Positions 22,314-30,735 of a stretch of 51,376 nt of DNA are shown piece after piece. Under the pieces are notes generated by a model. It did not search any database. It saw nothing but the letters and a program-made list of their open reading frames with translations, and had not been told where the DNA came from. Origin of the DNA: Minisyncoccota bacterium. Lineage in GTDB: Bacteria > Patescibacteriota > Minisyncoccia > Minisyncoccales > GWA2-38-27. The number at the start of each line of letters is the position of its first letter. Position 1 is the first letter of the stretch. The position numbers were made by a program, and so were the translations under genes. The stretch is taken from positions 1 to 51,376 of the forward strand of contig JAQVFW010000003.1 in NCBI GenBank assembly GCA_028697015.1, given 5' to 3'.

Positions 22314-22394
22314 TCATCCGTTAACTTTAAGCGTAATAATTTATCCTATTAAAACACCGGAGATATTACGTATAAAGCTCAATAAAAATTTTAT

Positions 22395-22841
22395 TTATAA
22401 CTCTTCCGAAACGACAACTTTAACTTCCGGTTCAAGATTATGTTCAAGCTTGATTTTGACAGAATATTCTCCCAGTTCTTCTATCGGATTTTCCAATTTA
22501 ATCTGCTTTTTTTCAATTTCAATCCCCTCTTCCTTTAACTTCTCTGCAATTTTAACGGCAGTAATTTTTTCAAAAAGCTGGCCTTTTTCTCCAAGTTTGA
22601 CCGGAATTGCTATTTCCATTCCGTCAATTTTCGAGGCAACTTTTTGGGCTTTTGCCAAATCATCTTCCGTTTTCTTTTCCATTATCTCTTTCTGGGCTTC
22701 AAGCCAAAGCAAAGCATTTTCAGTTGCTATCTTTGCCAAATTATTAGGAATTAAAAAATTCCTAGCGTATCCATCGGCAACGTTTTTTACCTCATACTTT
22801 TTTCCCAGTCCGTTTACGTCTTCTATAAGAATTACTTTCAT
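22395..22841 (-). CDS. rplI: 50S ribosomal protein L9
   Basis: [32 protein letters not shown] is the canonical L9 N-terminus. Confidence 0.93.
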   Translation of the reverse strand: MKVILIEDVNGLGKKYEVKNVADGYARNFLIPNNLAKIATENALLWLEAQKEIMEKKTEDDLAKAQKVASKIDGMEIAIPVKLGEKGQLFEKITAVKIAEKLKEEGIEIEKKQIKLENPIEELGEYSVKIKLEHNLEPEVKVVVSEEL

Positions 22842-22903
22842 ATTGGTTTTTCCCTGTCGGGTTTTAATTTTAAATTATTTTATATTTCTTCTATTTTCCT
22901 ATT

Positions 22904-24094
22904 TTATCTCATATCTTTTAATATTTCAATAGCAGTATCAAGATAAACATCTTTGTCTTCTTCGTAATCCTCTTCAGACATATCAATAACAACATCAGGA
23001 ACAATGCCAACTTTATCTATTAAATTTCCTTTAGGAGTGAGCCATTTTGATATAGTCACTTTTATTTTTGAACCGTCACTTAAAGTTACAAGCTCCTGGA
23101 CAGAACCTTTTCCAAAAGATTGTTCCCCTACTATAACAGCGTCCATATTGTCTCTTATTGCTGAAGCTAAAATTTCCGAAGCTGAAGCCGAGCCGTAATT
23201 GATTAAAATTACTATCGGATAACCGGAAAGATTGCCGTTTCCGGTAGCCCTATACTCTATATTCTCTCTTTTTCCCTCTTGAATGGTAATTATCTGATCT
23301 TTTATTAAAAACCAATCGGCAATTTCTTTTGCCTCATCAAAATACCCCCCAGGATTATTTCTTAAATCAAGAATTATTCCGTTTGCCGAACTGTCCAATA
23401 TTTCCTTTGCAATTTTGGAAAAATCAAAACTGGACTTTAAGGAAAAATGTATTAACTTTATATGAGCAATTTTAAGATTGTCTTTTTCTATAATTTCAAA
23501 GCGCATTGAGGGAATTTCAATCAATCCTCTTGTAATTACAAAATCCTTCGGCAAATCCCAATTATCTCTATAAATAGTAAAAACAATCTCTGTTCCCTTT
23601 TCCCCCCTGATTAAAGAAACCGCTTCTTCTACTGTAATATCGGAAGCGAAAACCTCTCCTATTTTAATTATGATATCGCCAGCTCTAAGGCCTGCTTTTT
23701 CGGCTGGAGTGCCTTCAAGAGGAGTCACTATTTTAAGCTGTCCGTTTTTCATGCTTATTTCCATCCCCACTCCTTCAAAATTACCCCTTGTGTCTTCTAA
23801 AAAACGCTTAGCGTCCTGAGGGTCAAAAAAGACGGTAGGAGGATCCTCAAGCGCTTCAATCATTCCGGATATTGCCCCATAAACCATTTTCTTGTAATCT
23901 AGCGACTGAGAATCAATATATCTTCTTTCAAGAAGATCCCAGGCCTCCCAAAAAAGGCCGATGTCGGCTTTATCTGATAAATAAGGTCTTGCATTGATAG
24001 AATATTTTCCAACAAGAAAACCTGTTCCGAAGATAAATACGAAAAAGAGAATTACAAAAGGGCTTTTAAATTTGTACGACGGAAATTTAAACAT
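22904..24094 (-). CDS. Carboxy-terminal processing protease (S41 family) with PDZ domain
   Basis: N-terminal TM helix, PDZ region (GTPAEKAGLRAGDIIIKI) and catalytic region (GSASASEI...GKGSVQ). Confidence 0.88.
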   Translation of the reverse strand: MFKFPSYKFKSPFVILFFVFIFGTGFLVGKYSINARPYLSDKADIGLFWEAWDLLERRYIDSQSLDYKKMVYGAISGMIEALEDPPTVFFDPQDAKRFLEDTRGNFEGVGMEISMKNGQLKIVTPLEGTPAEKAGLRAGDIIIKIGEVFASDITVEEAVSLIRGEKGTEIVFTIYRDNWDLPKDFVITRGLIEIPSMRFEIIEKDNLKIAHIKLIHFSLKSSFDFSKIAKEILDSSANGIILDLRNNPGGYFDEAKEIADWFLIKDQIITIQEGKRENIEYRATGNGNLSGYPIVILINYGSASASEILASAIRDNMDAVIVGEQSFGKGSVQELVTLSDGSKIKVTISKWLTPKGNLIDKVGIVPDVVIDMSEEDYEEDKDVYLDTAIEILKDMR

Positions 24095-24161
24095 AATATT
24101 TCAAGGATTATAGCGAATAACTTTCAGTTAGTCCATTTTAAGAAAAACTTCTCTGCATTTT

Positions 24162-24510
24162 GTGGTGTTTGTTGGACGAAATCCGAACCCATTTTGAGCA
24201 AAATCCAGAGGATTTTGCGGATTGAATCCCGCCCAGCGTTTCCGCCCGCCTCCGCTTCGCTTCGGCGAGCAAAACAGAAAAATTTTCTCTACATTTTTTA
24301 ATCGCCTGTCCCCCAAATTTTTTTTCAATTAAGGAAAAGAAAATTTTTCTGTTTTGCGTTCCTCTTGCGAGAGGAATTGCGGAAACGCCCCCACCCCATT
24401 GTCCGCCTTCGGCGGACTGGCAAGCGGGCAAAAATTCATTTTCCCCACACCCCTTTTTCTTTTTGCCCGCTTGCTTTCGGGATTCGGCTGATTTTTTTTG
24501 CGGACGGGCT
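24162..24510. repeat. Y arm, distal copy: 349-bp perfect inverted repeat of 33423..33771
   Basis: A hand reverse-complement comparison is identical throughout. The spurious ORFs 24138..24431 and 33256..34014 encode the same roughly 93-aa stretch, which confirms the identity. GC-rich and hairpin-dense. Confidence 0.9.
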
Positions 24511-24570
24511 ACAAATCAAAAGGGTGGAGGGTGGGTATAAATTAAATTGATCCTGTCTTTTATCTACTTT

Positions 24571-25752
24571 CTATTTTACCACTTTGACAACTTTTTCGGA
24601 AGAAGACGAAATTTCTAAACGATCGGGTTGCTTGCAAATTTTCTCAAGGTCATAGATAGTACTAATTTTCCCCGACAGAACACTGATAAAAGTCGGGTTA
24701 CTTGTATGATATTTAATAATTGTCGGCCTAGAATCGTCATTTTCCGAAGACCTTAATATTGCCTTTATTTCAAATTTTGAATCTTTGTATTCAATTTTAA
24801 AATTGTGTTTTAGAAATGACTGACTTAGTGCATACATCTTATTCCAGGCCGATCTTAAATTTTGTGAACAAACAACACATCCACTGACTCCGTGCATTTC
24901 ACAAATAGACTTATTAGCATGATTCTCAAAAATCGGAAACTTGTCGCAAGAAACAGAATGAGGAGTGTGTCCAACGGAAGTTAATACGTGAAGGTTGGAG
25001 TCCCCAAAGGGCATGATAGAAAAGAAATCGCCGTCCATTACAGTAATCCCTAAATTTTTGAATTTTTTAGGTACTTCACAAAGAACCATTTCGCACAATT
25101 CGTATTTTAAGTCAAAAAAATTCTGGCCAAATTTATTAATCACTTCATTAATCCCAGAGTATGATGCGTTAATAACGAGAGGAGCCGACAAGCAGGTGTC
25201 GTTATCTAGAATGACATTATATGATGGATTTACTTTTTCAACCGCTTTGATGCCAGTGTTGTAATAATAAGTCGCTGAATTTCCAATTTTATCTATAAGA
25301 AAATCTCGTATCTTGGCAAAATCAAAACTGCACTCCTGTGTTAAAAAGGCAGCTTCTACAGAACCCTTTTTAAAATATAAATCAGCATCTATTTTTTGAA
25401 GAGGTATGTTTACTTTTCTGCAAAAATTAGTAAATTCTTGTGCGGATGTTTTGGACCCCTTACTTGAAATAGCATATACCTGCTTAAAAGAGTCGTTAAT
25501 GGCAAAATTAAATTCTCGAATAAATCTAGCGTAATACTCCGCTACCTTTTTGGCGGTTTCGTAGCTACGCGGGTAGTGATAACCATTATGCACCCTCGCC
25601 TGATTGATTGCGCTGGCACGAGAAAATGGTCTGACACTTTTGTCTATAATAGCAACACGTTGACCCTGTCTGACTAAAAGCGAAGCCGCATACAATCCAA
25701 AAATGCCGGCTCCAACAATTATGCAATCTGTTTTTTGTTCTTTTTTATTCAT
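24571..25752 (-). CDS. FAD-dependent oxidoreductase (DAO-like, 393 aa)
   Basis: DCIIVGAGIFGLYAASLLVRQGQRVAIIDK is a Rossmann GxGxxG motif. Confidence 0.75.
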   Translation of the reverse strand: MNKKEQKTDCIIVGAGIFGLYAASLLVRQGQRVAIIDKSVRPFSRASAINQARVHNGYHYPRSYETAKKVAEYYARFIREFNFAINDSFKQVYAISSKGSKTSAQEFTNFCRKVNIPLQKIDADLYFKKGSVEAAFLTQECSFDFAKIRDFLIDKIGNSATYYYNTGIKAVEKVNPSYNVILDNDTCLSAPLVINASYSGINEVINKFGQNFFDLKYELCEMVLCEVPKKFKNLGITVMDGDFFSIMPFGDSNLHVLTSVGHTPHSVSCDKFPIFENHANKSICEMHGVSGCVVCSQNLRSAWNKMYALSQSFLKHNFKIEYKDSKFEIKAILRSSENDDSRPTIIKYHTSNPTFISVLSGKISTIYDLEKICKQPDRLEISSSSEKVVKVVK

Positions 25753-25755
25753 AGC

Positions 25756-26568
25756 TTACTGGTAAATATTTTTTACAAAGGAAATTATCTTAGAAATATT
25801 TTTAATATTTTGTCTGTCACTCGGTCGCATCTCAACAGAGACAAACCCATTATAATTTCCATCATTGAGAGTTCTAGCGATGCTTCTATGAAGTGGTCGG
25901 CTAAGGTTAATAGTTTTCAAATACGGCTCGCTTATATGTACATGGCCTACATAGTCAATGTTCTTGTTTATTATTTTCTCAATATCTTCCCCGTTCAAAA
26001 TTGACGAGCCAATATCTAAATTAATTTTGAGAGAACGATGGCTAATCGTTTTAACAAAATCTACAGCTTCTTGTGTATTACAAATGAAATCAGCACCATA
26101 GGCGGTTGGCGTTGGCTCAATACAAAAAATTACATTATAAAGCCTGGCCTGTTCTGCTATTTGTATGAAAAAATCTTTCGCAATACCCATAGCTTTATTG
26201 TGCGGCAGTGTGCCTCTGATTTTATTTTTGGGCGAACCGAATACCGCAACAGTTGCACCAATCTGATTTAAAAACTCCAAAACGCCTCTTAGGTGCTTCA
26301 ATATTTTGTTGCGAGCGGTTGCTCCTTCAAAAATAGAAACTTCAGGATACCTGAACATCAGCGCTTGAAAAGCCGCAACGTGTATCCCGTATTGATTTAA
26401 TAATTTCGAGGTTTCGTTATAGAACTGTTCTTTTGCCTCCGGTAAGGTGCTGGCATCTCGAAATGGACTGATTTCCATATTCAGTACGTTCAAATCACGT
26501 ATAATATTAAAAACTTTCTCGTCTTCCGATTTTCTCCAGGCTAAATTTGAAATCGCAATTTTTGTCAT
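25756..26568 (-). CDS. Sugar phosphate isomerase/epimerase (xylose-isomerase-like TIM barrel, 270 aa)
   Basis: The overall pattern (IEP.P...HVHISE, VSVEM) resembles the AP-endonuclease-2/TIM-barrel family. Assignment is by motif memory only. Confidence 0.6.
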   Translation of the reverse strand: MTKIAISNLAWRKSEDEKVFNIIRDLNVLNMEISPFRDASTLPEAKEQFYNETSKLLNQYGIHVAAFQALMFRYPEVSIFEGATARNKILKHLRGVLEFLNQIGATVAVFGSPKNKIRGTLPHNKAMGIAKDFFIQIAEQARLYNVIFCIEPTPTAYGADFICNTQEAVDFVKTISHRSLKINLDIGSSILNGEDIEKIINKNIDYVGHVHISEPYLKTINLSRPLHRSIARTLNDGNYNGFVSVEMRPSDRQNIKNISKIISFVKNIYQ

Positions 26569-26569
26569 A

Positions 26570-27403
26570 TTATTTATCTAATTTCATTTTTTTTACTTTA
26601 ATACCGCGCACTCGTAAAAATTTTATTCCATCATCGTTACCGTAAGGGTGTAGATAATATATTTGGGTAAGTTGGCTCTTGAGTATTTCTTGAGCACAAA
26701 GTTTGCATGGCGGAATAAGAATATAGAGCTTGGCTTTCTTAAGATCAATCCTTTTTAATTTCGCTTTCTTTAAGACAATCTGCTCGGCGTGCATATTCTG
26801 GCTTTCAATGTTGTCTGATTCGGCCACAATTTTATTATCAAAAGTAACCAGTGCGGATATTTTTCCGATGGCCGCCTTGCTGTTATCAGCAATAAAATAA
26901 AGGCGACGGGCAATAGGGTTTTTTATTTTGGAATAATCTCGACGCATTAAAAGTCTTTTTATAAAGTAGTCGGCGTTATATTGATGTAAATTATTGTCAA
27001 GAAAAAATATCCTGATACTTGGAAATCTTTCAGTGATTAAGCTGGCGGTAAATTTTCTATGTTTCATTATGCCCCTTGGATAAATATAATTTCTGGGCCT
27101 TATGATCTGTAAATATTTCTCATAGTCAGATGGTCTTTCGAGAATCAATACAAAATCAACAAATTCAAGGACGGCAACCATTCCAGCTCTCTGTCTCTCG
27201 TTCATTATCGGCCTGCCGAATCCAGACCGGATTTTTGCTGTCTTATCGGCTTGAACTACAACAACGAGTGGTCTCCCAACCTTACTGCATTCTCGTAAAT
27301 AGCGAACATGCTCAATATTGAACAAATCAAAAACATCACCAACAAGAGTGGCGGTAAATGGCTTAAGCTTTTTTGTAAGTTTTGAGAGAGTAATAATCTT
27401 CAT
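26570..27403 (-). CDS. Fusion: cytidylyltransferase-like (TagD/RfaE-II type) N-domain plus CMP/dCMP-type zinc deaminase C-domain (277 aa)
   Basis: The N-domain has GDVFDLFNIEHVRYL...VVVVQAD...GRPIMNERQR...VDFV. The C-domain has HAEQ...PPCKLCAQ (HAE plus PCxxC). Confidence 0.65.
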   Translation of the reverse strand: MKIITLSKLTKKLKPFTATLVGDVFDLFNIEHVRYLRECSKVGRPLVVVVQADKTAKIRSGFGRPIMNERQRAGMVAVLEFVDFVLILERPSDYEKYLQIIRPRNYIYPRGIMKHRKFTASLITERFPSIRIFFLDNNLHQYNADYFIKRLLMRRDYSKIKNPIARRLYFIADNSKAAIGKISALVTFDNKIVAESDNIESQNMHAEQIVLKKAKLKRIDLKKAKLYILIPPCKLCAQEILKSQLTQIYYLHPYGNDDGIKFLRVRGIKVKKMKLDK

Positions 27404-27472
27404 AAGTTAAAAAGAAAGGGGGAAATCCATGGAAGGAAATCCCCCTGTCGAAGAACGATGCCAAACGCTCAT

Positions 27473-28450
27473 CTAAATGAACAGTTCCGGACAATGCCTG
27501 GCGATCATCGCGTCCGCGATTCTCGTCAAGTTCTCCATTGAATCGGAATTGTCGATGATGATGTCGGCGACATCTGCGATTGCGGGAACTCCCCACTCCC
27601 TCTTGATCTGATCACGGGGCAACATCAGCTTCCGCGCTTCATCCAAAGAGGTGAGGTTTTGACGAATCATCTGCCGTTGGAGACGGATGTCTTCATCCAT
27701 GTCCACGTAGACGATAACGACCTTGTCCGGCCCGAGGCGCTTACGCAGGTGAACGCCGAGACCAGCACTATAGAGACTTTCAAGGCAGCAGAATTCGATG
27801 CCCTGATCGGTGATCCACGGGATGAATTCATCGGCGAACGTCCGGAAGACCCACTCTGGCCTTTCCTTCATGTTTTGGTTATTCCACTCAACGAAATCGC
27901 CATTCACGCCTTCGCGTTCCATCGCGCGCTTCAGGAAGAAGGTGATCTTCAACCTCTTGATGCCACGCTGGTCGAGGTAACGACCCAAGGTGCTCTTGCC
28001 GGACTCGCTCATCCCGCCGATAACGAACACTTTTTTCATACTGTAGTCCTCCATGAGAAGTTGTATTTCTCGCTTGGCCCTCGCTGGAGTGTGAGGACCG
28101 TGAGCGACGTTCCTGATGATGCTTTCCGCCCATCGGGAGCGGATTCCGGAAGCAGGCACGCGTTTTCCGATGATCTGGCGAACCTTGTTGACGGCATCGT
28201 ATCCATCCACAATGAAGATGTGTACGGGCGACGACGACATGAAGGCCACCAACTCAGAGAAGTAATCGCGATGCCGTACATCGCTGATATTCCAGTAGAG
28301 CATCTCTACTGTGGCCGGTTTGAGCGTCTTACGAACCTCTCGCTTGATCACGAGTCCGTTTCGGATAAGGATTTGCCGTATCGGATCCACCAACCCTCTC
28401 TCAACGCCGTCCGGCTTCACCACCAGCATGGAAACTTCGAACTGGCTCAT
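27473..28450 (-). CDS. Fusion: nucleoside diphosphate kinase-like domain plus P-loop (nucleoside/nucleotide) kinase domain (325 aa), GC-rich
   Basis: MLVVKPDGVERGLV...RNVAHGP matches the NDK fold including the catalytic His. Walker A is IGGMSESGKST. GC is about 55% against about 30% in neighbouring genes. Confidence 0.7.
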   Translation of the reverse strand: MSQFEVSMLVVKPDGVERGLVDPIRQILIRNGLVIKREVRKTLKPATVEMLYWNISDVRHRDYFSELVAFMSSSPVHIFIVDGYDAVNKVRQIIGKRVPASGIRSRWAESIIRNVAHGPHTPARAKREIQLLMEDYSMKKVFVIGGMSESGKSTLGRYLDQRGIKRLKITFFLKRAMEREGVNGDFVEWNNQNMKERPEWVFRTFADEFIPWITDQGIEFCCLESLYSAGLGVHLRKRLGPDKVVIVYVDMDEDIRLQRQMIRQNLTSLDEARKLMLPRDQIKREWGVPAIADVADIIIDNSDSMENLTRIADAMIARHCPELFI

Positions 28451-28452
28451 AA

Positions 28453-29226
28453 CTATCTACCTCTTTTCTTTTCGACGTACTGTGCGGGCCAGTCGATGTC
28501 AATTGCCATCAGCCGGCCGGTTTCGGTGAATGCGAACTCCAGTGTTGGAAGCCGCGAAATGAGCCGCAACTCCTCAAAGCTACCCATCGGAGGCATTGCT
28601 CTACAAATGCTCCGAATCACACCGAAAGAGCAAATGTTAAGGTAGCCTATTTCTCGGAGACGGCGGCTATCATCAAGATAGCCACGCCTTGTCACTTCCA
28701 GAAAGCTTAACTCACCAACGTATGTCGGCAGTTGCCGATCGTTAATGAGCTTCGCCGGAACAGTACACTGCTGGATTTCAAGGACCTGATTGTCCATGGA
28801 AGTGTATATTAGTCGTCCAGCGATGGCGCGCTCATTCCAAGGGCGTGGAGTAAACTCCACCCAAGTCGTTTGCGGGTATTGCCCGATAACCGCTAACGCC
28901 TTGTCCGTCGAGATGACTTGCTTGACGCCTTGGTCGTCGCGCCATTGCACACTGTCAGAACTATTCACGACAAAGAGCGGCGGCACAAGCGTATGCATCG
29001 GCTTTTCTGACACGATGATCAAAAAAGGACACCCCTCGGAGCAGTACTCATCGAGGAACTGTTTGACTTTTTTGGCTTCGCTAGATCGGCACCCCTTTAA
29101 CTTGGGATCGCCAGGGAAACCCAGTGCTTTCAATAGAGCCCTTTTTTGCAATCGCAACGGCAGGCTCAGGTCAATGTCGTACTTGCTTCCCGCGTTGGCA
29201 AGGAAGCATTCATTCATTACTATCAT
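28453..29226 (-). CDS. Hypothetical protein (257 aa), GC-rich, no family recognised
   Basis: Long ORF on the operon strand with a strong SD (gaggaggcaaaccATG on the coding strand). It is co-compositional with the NDK fusion, and its stop is 2 nt before that gene's start. Confidence 0.6.
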   Translation of the reverse strand: MIVMNECFLANAGSKYDIDLSLPLRLQKRALLKALGFPGDPKLKGCRSSEAKKVKQFLDEYCSEGCPFLIIVSEKPMHTLVPPLFVVNSSDSVQWRDDQGVKQVISTDKALAVIGQYPQTTWVEFTPRPWNERAIAGRLIYTSMDNQVLEIQQCTVPAKLINDRQLPTYVGELSFLEVTRRGYLDDSRRLREIGYLNICSFGVIRSICRAMPPMGSFEELRLISRLPTLEFAFTETGRLMAIDIDWPAQYVEKKRGR

Positions 29227-29281
29227 GGTTTGCCTCCTCGCAAAGTAGGTTTTGGTTTATGTCAAAGAACGATATACTACC

Positions 29282-30031
29282 TTAACTCTTTATCCCTAAT
29301 TTGTCAACATCGTGTATATTATGAATAGCAATCCAACTCCCGTTGTAAATTGTTGCTTTCACCATATTTTCACCCAATTTAAAAATATCATGAATTACAA
29401 AATCTAAATCTTTTTTATAGGCGAAAGAAGGAACAGATGAAAAAACGCCTCTGTTGAACGCCATTAATCCAAGGCTGTAGTATTGTTGCCCCTCAATATT
29501 AATATTTTCATCTTTGGTGTTCGGCAACCGTGTATTTACTGATTTAACTCTTCCCTTGTGCACAACAATTCGTGAATGAGTTGGCGCAAAATCTTTAGAG
29601 TTTAGAACAATGTTGGCAATGGTCGGCTTCGATAACTCAGTATTCTTTATCTTTTTCAGAATGTTTTTGTTATACAAAATGTTGCCATCTGAATATATAA
29701 AGGGCCTTCTAAGTTTCTGTCTAACTGAATATAACAACCACGGCACGCCCCATTTTCTTCCCGTCTTGCCCCCGTAAATTGGTGTGATCTGATTAGCTGT
29801 TGGATAATTTTCTTTCAAAAAATCTCGCAGCTCCCGTTCATAATAACTAGACAGCAAAAAAATTCTTTGGAAATTTAAGGCAAGTGACATATCAAGCAAA
29901 TGACCCAAAAACGGTTTGCTGTTCAATTCCAAAAAAATCTTGGATGCTTTGATTTCTCTTTTCTTTAAATCGGCTATGATGCGCCTGCCTTGACCGCCAA
30001 CGGCTATCACAATAGTGTCAATACTTTTCAT
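29282..30031 (-). CDS. Nucleotidyltransferase (sugar-phosphate nucleotidylyltransferase-like, 249 aa)
   Basis: The N-terminal IVIAVGGQGRR resembles the GxGxR NTP-transferase loop. Confidence 0.6.
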   Translation of the reverse strand: MKSIDTIVIAVGGQGRRIIADLKKREIKASKIFLELNSKPFLGHLLDMSLALNFQRIFLLSSYYERELRDFLKENYPTANQITPIYGGKTGRKWGVPWLLYSVRQKLRRPFIYSDGNILYNKNILKKIKNTELSKPTIANIVLNSKDFAPTHSRIVVHKGRVKSVNTRLPNTKDENINIEGQQYYSLGLMAFNRGVFSSVPSFAYKKDLDFVIHDIFKLGENMVKATIYNGSWIAIHNIHDVDKLGIKS

Positions 30032-30735
30032 TTCTTTGGGAAGCTAGGTTTCCAACCCAAGAAGTTATCTAATGAATGAACTCGTCCCTTCATGTTGGAA
30101 ACTGCGTAAAAGACGGCAAAATTATCGGGTACTTTCTTGACCTCAATGCACATCCGTATTAGCTGTACAAAATCTTCTTTATACAGCAAAACTTTATCAT
30201 ACAAAGGATCTTCGTTAAATCTGATCTCATTTCTTTCATTGACACCGCCGAAACGGATGCAAATCACTTCTATATCGTGCTTTCTTGAATAATAACGACC
30301 CAAATGTTCAATATAGATTTTAGTTGCTCCGTAAGGAGTGTCTGGCCAACATTCTGATTTAGGGCTAAGATATGTACCAGTCGGAACCCTTGAATAATCG
30401 TTGGCGTGGACCGAACTTGCGATAATAACGCGAGAAGTATTTTTTTCCACCGCAGCTCGATAAACATTCTCCGCCATAACTTTATTTTGCTGAACAATAT
30501 TTTCGCTTGGAAAGTCTTCTAGCGCGTCCCACGCCAAGTGAATAATAACGTCATTACCTTTGAGAATATTTCTAAATTTTTCATAATCGTTAGTAATATC
30601 CAGAGCAATTGTTTCTTCTCTATCAGGTTTCTTATCTATACACACCAAATCAAATATGTCTTGCAATTCCTTTTGCAAAATTTTTCCCAAAGAACCTCGG
30701 CTACCTGTGATGATTATTCGCTTTGATGATTTCAT
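30028..30735 (-). CDS. NAD(P)-dependent epimerase/dehydratase (short SDR, 235 aa)
   Basis: IIITGSRGSLG Rossmann motif and YGATK (YxxxK). Confidence 0.75.
   Translation of the reverse strand: MKSSKRIIITGSRGSLGKILQKELQDIFDLVCIDKKPDREETIALDITNDYEKFRNILKGNDVIIHLAWDALEDFPSENIVQQNKVMAENVYRAAVEKNTSRVIIASSVHANDYSRVPTGTYLSPKSECWPDTPYGATKIYIEHLGRYYSRKHDIEVICIRFGGVNERNEIRFNEDPLYDKVLLYKEDFVQLIRMCIEVKKVPDNFAVFYAVSNMKGRVHSLDNFLGWKPSFPKK

Noticed and set aside
22222-22932. 236-aa + strand ORF spanning the pyrG start, rplI and the protease 3' end
   Set aside because: It is antisense to three well-supported genes and encodes a low-complexity S/F/I-rich sequence.
27659-28645. 328-aa + strand ORF, plus 27888..28133, 28036..28281, 28311..28529 and 28790..29248
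   Set aside because: They are antisense or shadow ORFs within the GC-rich block. The - strand ORFs carry recognisable NDK and P-loop motifs and fit the operon, so these are stop-poor artefacts.
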